This document shows positions 57,701 to 64,000 of a stretch of DNA of 64,000 nt, piece by piece. The DNA is taken from NCBI RefSeq assembly GCF_009914755.1, contig NC_060945.1; one strand, given 5' to 3'. Origin of the DNA: the human T2T-CHM13v2.0 reference genome, Homo sapiens. Below the pieces are notes generated by a model. That model ran no database searches, was not told the origin of the DNA, and saw only the letters and a program-made list of their open reading frames with translations. The position numbers were made by a program, and so were the translations under genes. The stretch's first letter is position 1; every line of letters starts with the position of its first letter.

Positions 57701-60700
57701 GGGTGTATCTGGTGGAATGAACTTCTAAGCAGCAAAGCTCAAGAGTTGTCCGGCCTACGTCGAACAGCCTGTGCTCCTATGTGTGATGAAAGAAATGACC
57801 ATAAGTTGGAACTTATATTTAAATGAGAAGCAGAGCTTCAACATTTGGAAAATTTGTAATCTGGACAAATGGTCAAAAAGAAAAGCTGATTTTCAGGGGG
57901 AAAATCAAGAAGCCTTCGGATATTTGCATAAAAAGGAGCCCAGTGCTAATAATTCAAGACAATGGGAAAAAGGCCTTGAAGGCGTTTCAGAGACCTTTGT
58001 AGCAGCCCTTGCTGTCACTGGCCCTGGGATTTAGGAGAAAAGAATAGTTTCCTGGCCCAGCCCCATGGCTCCAGTGCTGTGTGCAGCCTCAGGACACTGC
58101 TGCCTGCATCCCTGCAGCTCCCTTTCCAGCTCCAGCCATGGATGAAAGATGCACAGGTACAGCTTGTGTCATGCTTCAGAGGATGCAAGCTCCAAGCCTT
58201 GGTGGCTTCCACATAGTGTTAAGCCAGCAGGTGCATAAAGCACAGGACTAGAAGCTTCAGAGCCTTGTCTGGACTCCAGAGGATATATCAGAAATCCTGA
58301 GTGTCTAGCCAGAAGCTTTTCCAAGAGGCAGAGCCTCATGGTTAACCTCTACTCGGGCAGTACAAAAGGAAAGTATAGGGTTGGAGTCCCCATACAGGGA
58401 GGCACCATTTTCCAGACCCCAGTTTCATAGACTCACCAGCTGCTTGTACCCTTAGTGTTGAAAAGCTACAGGCACTCAACACCAGCCTAGCCAATGAGGG
58501 CAGCTGTAGGGGGAAAATTCTGCAATGCCACAGGTGCAGAGCTGCCCAAGGCCTTGGGATCCCAGCCATCACACCACCCTGTGCTCTGGATGTGGACATA
58601 GATTCCAAAAAGATGATTTGGAGCTGTATGATGGAATGACTGGCCTGCTGGGTTTTTGACTTGCAGGGGATTTGTAAGTCCCGTCTGTGTTTTGTGCTTC
58701 TTTCTGGGAAATTTCTTCTTTTTGGCTTGGAATGCTTACCCAATGCCTGTACAATCATTGTAACTTGGAAGTGGTTAACTTGCTTTGTATTTCAGAGGCT
58801 CAGGCCAGAAGATATGACAGCCTTGTCTCAGAGGAGACTTTGGCCTTTGGACATTTGAGTAAATGCTGGGATGAGTTAAGATTTGGGGGACTCTAGGGAA
58901 GGCATCATTGCATTTTGCAATGTGAGAAAGACCTGAACTTTGGGGGACCAGGGACAGAATAATATGTTTTTGCTCTGTGTCTCTACCAAAACTCATGTAG
59001 AATTTTAATGGGAAATGTTAAAGGTGGGGGCTGGTGGAAGGTGATTTAATTATGGTGAAGAGTGGAAGTTAGATGGTTAGGGGGTTGGGGAGGGTTGGGG
59101 AGATTAAGGGGTGGGGAGGGTAGGGGGGATTGTGGTGGGGTTGGGGGTGAAAGACAGGGGTGGGGGGTGGATCCTTCTCAAATGGACATTTGAGTAAATG
59201 CTGGAATGAGTTCAGACATTGGGGGACTGTAGAGAATGCATCATTGTATTTTGCAGTATGAGAAGGATGTGATCTTGGGGGGCCAAAGGGAGAATAATAT
59301 GATTTGTCTCTGTGTCCCTACCAAAACTCATGTGGAATTATAATGGGGAATGTTAAGTATGGGGCTTGGTAGAAGGTGATTTAATCATGGTAGAGAATGG
59401 GGGTTGGAAGGGGGATGTGGGAGAATGGAGGTTCATGGTGTGGGTGAGGGTGAAACATGGGGATGGGTGGCAGATCCTTCACAAATGGTTAAATACTATC
59501 TCCTGAATGCAGTCTGTGTGATAGTGAGTTCTCATGATAAATGAATGCTGTCCTGCTGGGTTTTGGAGCCAGATTGGGCCTGTGTCCCATTTGTGTTATT
59601 TTTCTGGGAAAACCTTCCCTTTGGTTTGAGAAAGCCTACCCAGTGCCTGTGCCATCATTGTAACTTGAAAGAAAAGAATTGTCTTTTACATTCAGGGACT
59701 CATAGGCAGAAGGGATTGCAGCCTTCTCTTGGATGAGACTTGAACTTACTACATTTGAGTTACTGCTGGAATGAGTTAAGACTTTTTGAAACTTTTGAAA
59801 AGACATGTTTGTATTTTTCTGTGTGAGAAGGACATGAGATGTGGGGGTGTCAGGGTCAGGATAATATGGTTTGGCTGTGTTTCCCTACAAAAACTCATGG
59901 GGAATTGTATTCCTGACAGTTGTAGGTGGGGCCTGGTGGGAGGTGATTTAATCACAAATGGGAGGTTGGTAGGGGTGGAAGGGAAAACAAATGGGTAGGA
60001 TGGGGAGGAGTAGGCTGGCAGTAGGGTGGTGAGAGTTTCGTGGGCAGTAGTAAGGGGGAGTAGCCTGCTGCAGAGGCAGAGCCTCATGGAAAACCTCTAC
60101 CAGGGCAGTGAACCTATGGCTTTGCAGGGTGTAGCCCCCATGGCTGCCCTCATAGGCTGGGCTGTTGTTGAGTGCCTGTAGCTTTTCCATACTGAGAGTG
60201 CAAGCTGTTGGTGAGTCTATGAATCTGGGGTCTGAGGATGGTAACCTCCTGTGTGGGGCCTCCAAGCCCATATACTTTTTCTGCTCTGCCCTATTAGAGG
60301 TTTTCCTAGTGGCTCTGCCTCTGCCTCAGGCTTCTGCCTGGAAACAGTGAGGGGTGTGGGTGGTAGGGGGCAGAACTTTCACCAATGGTTAGGCAACATC
60401 TTCTTGATACTGACCTTGTGATAGTGAGTTCTCAGGAAATCTGGTTGTATAACAGGGTTATACAACGTGTGGCACCTTTTTCCTCTCTCTGTTTTGTTTC
60501 TACTTCTGCCATATAAAACATCCCATTCCTGCTTGGTTTCTGGTATGATTGGGAGGCTTCCTGAGTCCTCCCAGAAGCAGAAGCCTCTATGATTTATTTA
60601 AAGCTTGCAGAACCATGAGCCAGTTCAACCTCTTTTCTTTCAGATTATATAGAAAAATAATGCTATAAAGTGGAACTATGAAATGCCTTCAAGGCCTTTT

Positions 60701-63700
60701 TCCTATTCTCTTGGCAATCAGCACTCAGCTTCTTTTCAGGCAAATATGTGAAGCCTGCATTAATTTTTCTCCTGAAATGGACTTTTCTTCTTTTACCACA
60801 TTGCCAGGCTGTGACAAACGTAGCTGAAAATGTAGAAGCAGGTTGAGAAGTGTGTAATGGCCAGAGGTTGGAGAGTTTGGAGGTCTTGGAAGAAGACAGG
60901 AAGATGAGGAAAAGTTTGGATCAGTGTAGAGACTTGTTAAATAGTTATAATTAAAAAGGTGACAAAAGGATGGACAGTGATCACCAGGCTTAGAAGGTCT
61001 CACATGAAAATGAGGAGCTTGCTGGGAACAGGAGTCAAGGTCACTTCTGTTTTTTCCTTAGCAAAGAATGTTGCTGCACAATGCCCCTAACCTGGAGACC
61101 TGTGAAATTTTGAACATCAGGGTGATAATTTAGAGTGTATTTTGTGGAATGAAATTTTAGGCAGCAAAGCTTAAGAGGTGTCCTGTCTGTTTCGAACAGC
61201 CTGTGGTCCTATATGTGACAAAAGAAATGACCTCAAGGTTAAACTTGTATTTAAATGAGAAGGAGAGCTTAAAAGTTTGCAAAATTTGAAGCCTGGCCAA
61301 GTGGCCAAAAAGAAAAGCTGATTATCAGTGGGAAAGTTCAAAAAGTCTTCAGAAATGTGCATAAAAAGGAGTTCAGTGCTAATAGCCAATACAATGTTAA
61401 AAAGGTCTTGAAGGCATTTCAGAGACTTTTGCAGCAGCCCTTGCTATCACAGGCCCTGAGGCCTGGGAGAAAAGAATGGTTTCCGTCTCCAGCCCCATGG
61501 CCCCGCTGCTATGTCCATCCTCAGGACACTGCTGGCTGCATTCCTGAGGCTCCAACTCCGGCCTTGGGTGAAAGATGCACAGGTACAGCTTGGGTCACTG
61601 CTTCAGAGGGTGCAAGCTGCAAGCCTTGGTGGCTTCCACATAGTGTTAAGCCAGCAGGTGCACAGAGCACAAAACTAGAGGCTGGGGATCCTTTGTCTGG
61701 ACTACAGAGTATGTATGGAAAAACCTTGGTGTCCAGGTGGAAACTTTTCCAAGAGGCAGAGCCTCCTTTACTTAGGCAGTACAGAAGGAACATATACGTT
61801 TGGAACCCCATACAGGGAGGCAGCATTCTGCAAACGCCAGATTCATAGACTCACTAGCAGCTTGCACCCTGATTGTGGAAAAGCTATAGGTACTCCACAA
61901 CAGCCCAGCCCATGAGGGCAACTGGGGAGGTTAGACCCTGCAAAGTCACAGATGCAGACCTGCCCAAGGCCTTGGGATCCCAGGCCTCATACCCTTGTGC
62001 TCTGGATATGGGATCTGGATTCAAGAAAAGTGATTTGGAGCTGTAGGAATCAATGACTGGCCAGTTGGGTTGTTGACTTTTATGGGGTCTGTAAGTCCCA
62101 ACTGTGTTTTGTACTTCTTTCTGGCAAATTTCTTCCTTTTGGCTGGGAATACTTACCCATGCATGTACAATCATTGTACTTTGGAAGTGCTTGCTTTGTA
62201 TTTCAGAGGCTCAGGGGTAGAACATATGGCAGCCTTGTGTCAGAAGAGACTTTGGGCTTTGGACATTTCAGTAAATGCTGGAATGAGTTAAGAGATTGAG
62301 AAACTGTAGAGAAGGCATCATTGAACTTTGCAGTGTGAGAACAACATGAGATATGAGGGCCAGGGTCAGAATAATATGATTTGGCTCTGCATCCCTACCA
62401 AACTCATGTGGAATTGTAATGGGGAATGTTGAAGGTGGGGTCTGGTGGGAGGTGATTTCATAATGGAGAAGCATGGGGTTTGGAGGTAGGGCTGTGGGGA
62501 GAATGGGGGAGATTATTTTGTGGGTGGGAGTGAAAGATGAGGGTGGGGGTGCAGATCCTTCACAAATGGGTAAACACTATCTCCTTAATGCTGTTCACAT
62601 GACAGTGAGTTCTCTTGATGATGTTGGAGCTGTGAGATTGAGTGAATACTGTCCTGATGGGTTTTGGACTTGCATTGGGCCTGTGGGCCCATTTGTGTTA
62701 TTTTTCTGGGAAATCTCTTCCCTTTGGACTGAGAAATCTTACACAATGCCTCTACCATCATTGTACCTTGAAAGAAAAGAACTCCATTTTAAATTCAGAG
62801 ACTCATAGGCAGAAGGGACTGTGGCCTTATCTCAGATGAGACTTTGAATTTTTTACATTCGGAGTGAGTTAAGACTTTTGCAAACTTTTGAAAAGTCATG
62901 ATTGTATTTTGCTCTGTGATAAGGACATGAGATTCTGAAACATCAGGGTCAGAATTATATGGTTTGCCTGTGTGTCCTTATGAAACTCATGTGGAATTAT
63001 AATCCCTAATGTTGAAGCAAGTGACTTAATTATGGACAGGAGATTGGTGGTGATGGAAGGTAAAAGGGATGGGTAAGATTGAGAGGAGTGGGTTGGCTGT
63101 AGGGTGTTTGGAGGGTGGGGGGTAGTAGGAAGGGGGAGTAGCCTGCTGCAGAGGCAAAGCCTCATGGAAAACCTCCACTAGGGAAGTGCACCTGTGGCTT
63201 TGCAGGTTTTAGCCCCTCAGCTGTTCTCCTGGGCTGGGCTGGTATTGAGGGCCTGTAGCTTTTCCACACTAAGGGCGTGAGTTTGTGCGTCTATGAATCT
63301 GGGATCTGGAGGTTGGTGGCCACCTGTGTGGGGGCTCCAAGCCCATATTTTCTTTCTGTACTTCCATAATAGAGGTTTTCTAAGAGGTTCTGCATCTGAA
63401 GGAGGCTTCTGCCTGGAAACAGTGGGAGTTGGGGGTGTGGGGCGGATCCTTCACCAATGTTTAAGCACCATCTTCTTGATGCTGACTTTGTGATAGTGAG
63501 TTCTCATGAGATCTGCTTGTATAATGCAGCATGACAACTTTTTCCTTTCTCTGTCTTGCTCCTACTCTTGCCATATGAGACATCTCCTTGCCCCTTGACA
63601 TTCTGGTATGATTGGGAGGCTTCCTGTGTTTTGTCAGATGCAGAAGTCATCATGCTTCCTTACAGCCTGCAGAATCATTAACCAATTAAACCTCTTTTCT

Positions 63701-64000
63701 TTGTGATCATTGAGAAAATTATGACTGCAAAGTGGATCTATTAAGTGTCTTCAAGGCCTTCTCCCTAACGTCTTGGCAATCAGCACTCAGCTTCTTTTCA
63801 CTCAAGTATCTGAAGCCTCCTTGACTTCTTCCCCAGAAAATGGGCTTGTCTTCCTTTACCACATTGCCAGCCTGCAACAAAGATAGCTGATAATGTAGAA
63901 GCAGGTTCAGAAGGGGGTAGCAGATGGAGTTTGGGAGAGTTTGGCGGACTTCAAAGACAGGGAGATGAGGGAAAGTTTGGATCTTTGTAAAGAATTGTTA
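48727..64000 (+). repeat. Tandem macro-repeat (~3.1-3.4 kb unit, >4 units) of rearranged MaLR (MST-like) LTR and internal fragments
   Basis: Marker ggaaaacctctac.agggcagtgcacctgtggctttgcagg at ~50342, 53415, 56680, 60088, 63166; marker cttcctgagtcctcccagaagcagaag (or a variant) at ~50800, 53874, 57135, 60558, 63620; MaLR motifs (gttctcatgagatctgg, gagccaattaaacctctt, tctcagatgagacttt). Confidence 0.85.

Noticed and set aside
49060-63493. Many short ORFs in the MaLR array
   Set aside because: Decayed MaLR internal/LTR sequence; frames and stops are not conserved between units.

Overview
Primate (human-type) heterochromatic segmental-duplication DNA, typical of a pericentromere or acrocentric short arm; I see no intact protein-coding gene. 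Left to right: an old L1 interrupted by an ERV1 solo LTR (1-1845); a SATR1/SATR2-type satellite block with two orientation flips (1846-5690); an ancient ~0.9 kb NUMT (partial COX3, tRNA-Gly, partial ND3; minus strand; 5690-6598); a multi-exon ANKRD20A-family unprocessed pseudogene on the + strand (9210-43773) with no ankyrin exons, several stops and frameshifts, a fossil CCDC144-type exon and downstream ANKRD18/26-type exons; an Alu followed by 26 copies of a 64-bp unit that fits my recollection of WaluSat (30416-32387); a junction minisatellite (45070-45550); a processed SNX18 pseudogene with fold-back duplications (47434-48720); and >15 kb of a ~3.1-3.4 kb tandem macro-repeat built from rearranged MaLR (MST-like) LTR/internal pieces, each unit carrying the same inverted segments (48727-64000). 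Family names come from recognition, not database search. The most interesting signals are structural (satellite birth, fold-back and templated insertions); I found no new coding system.
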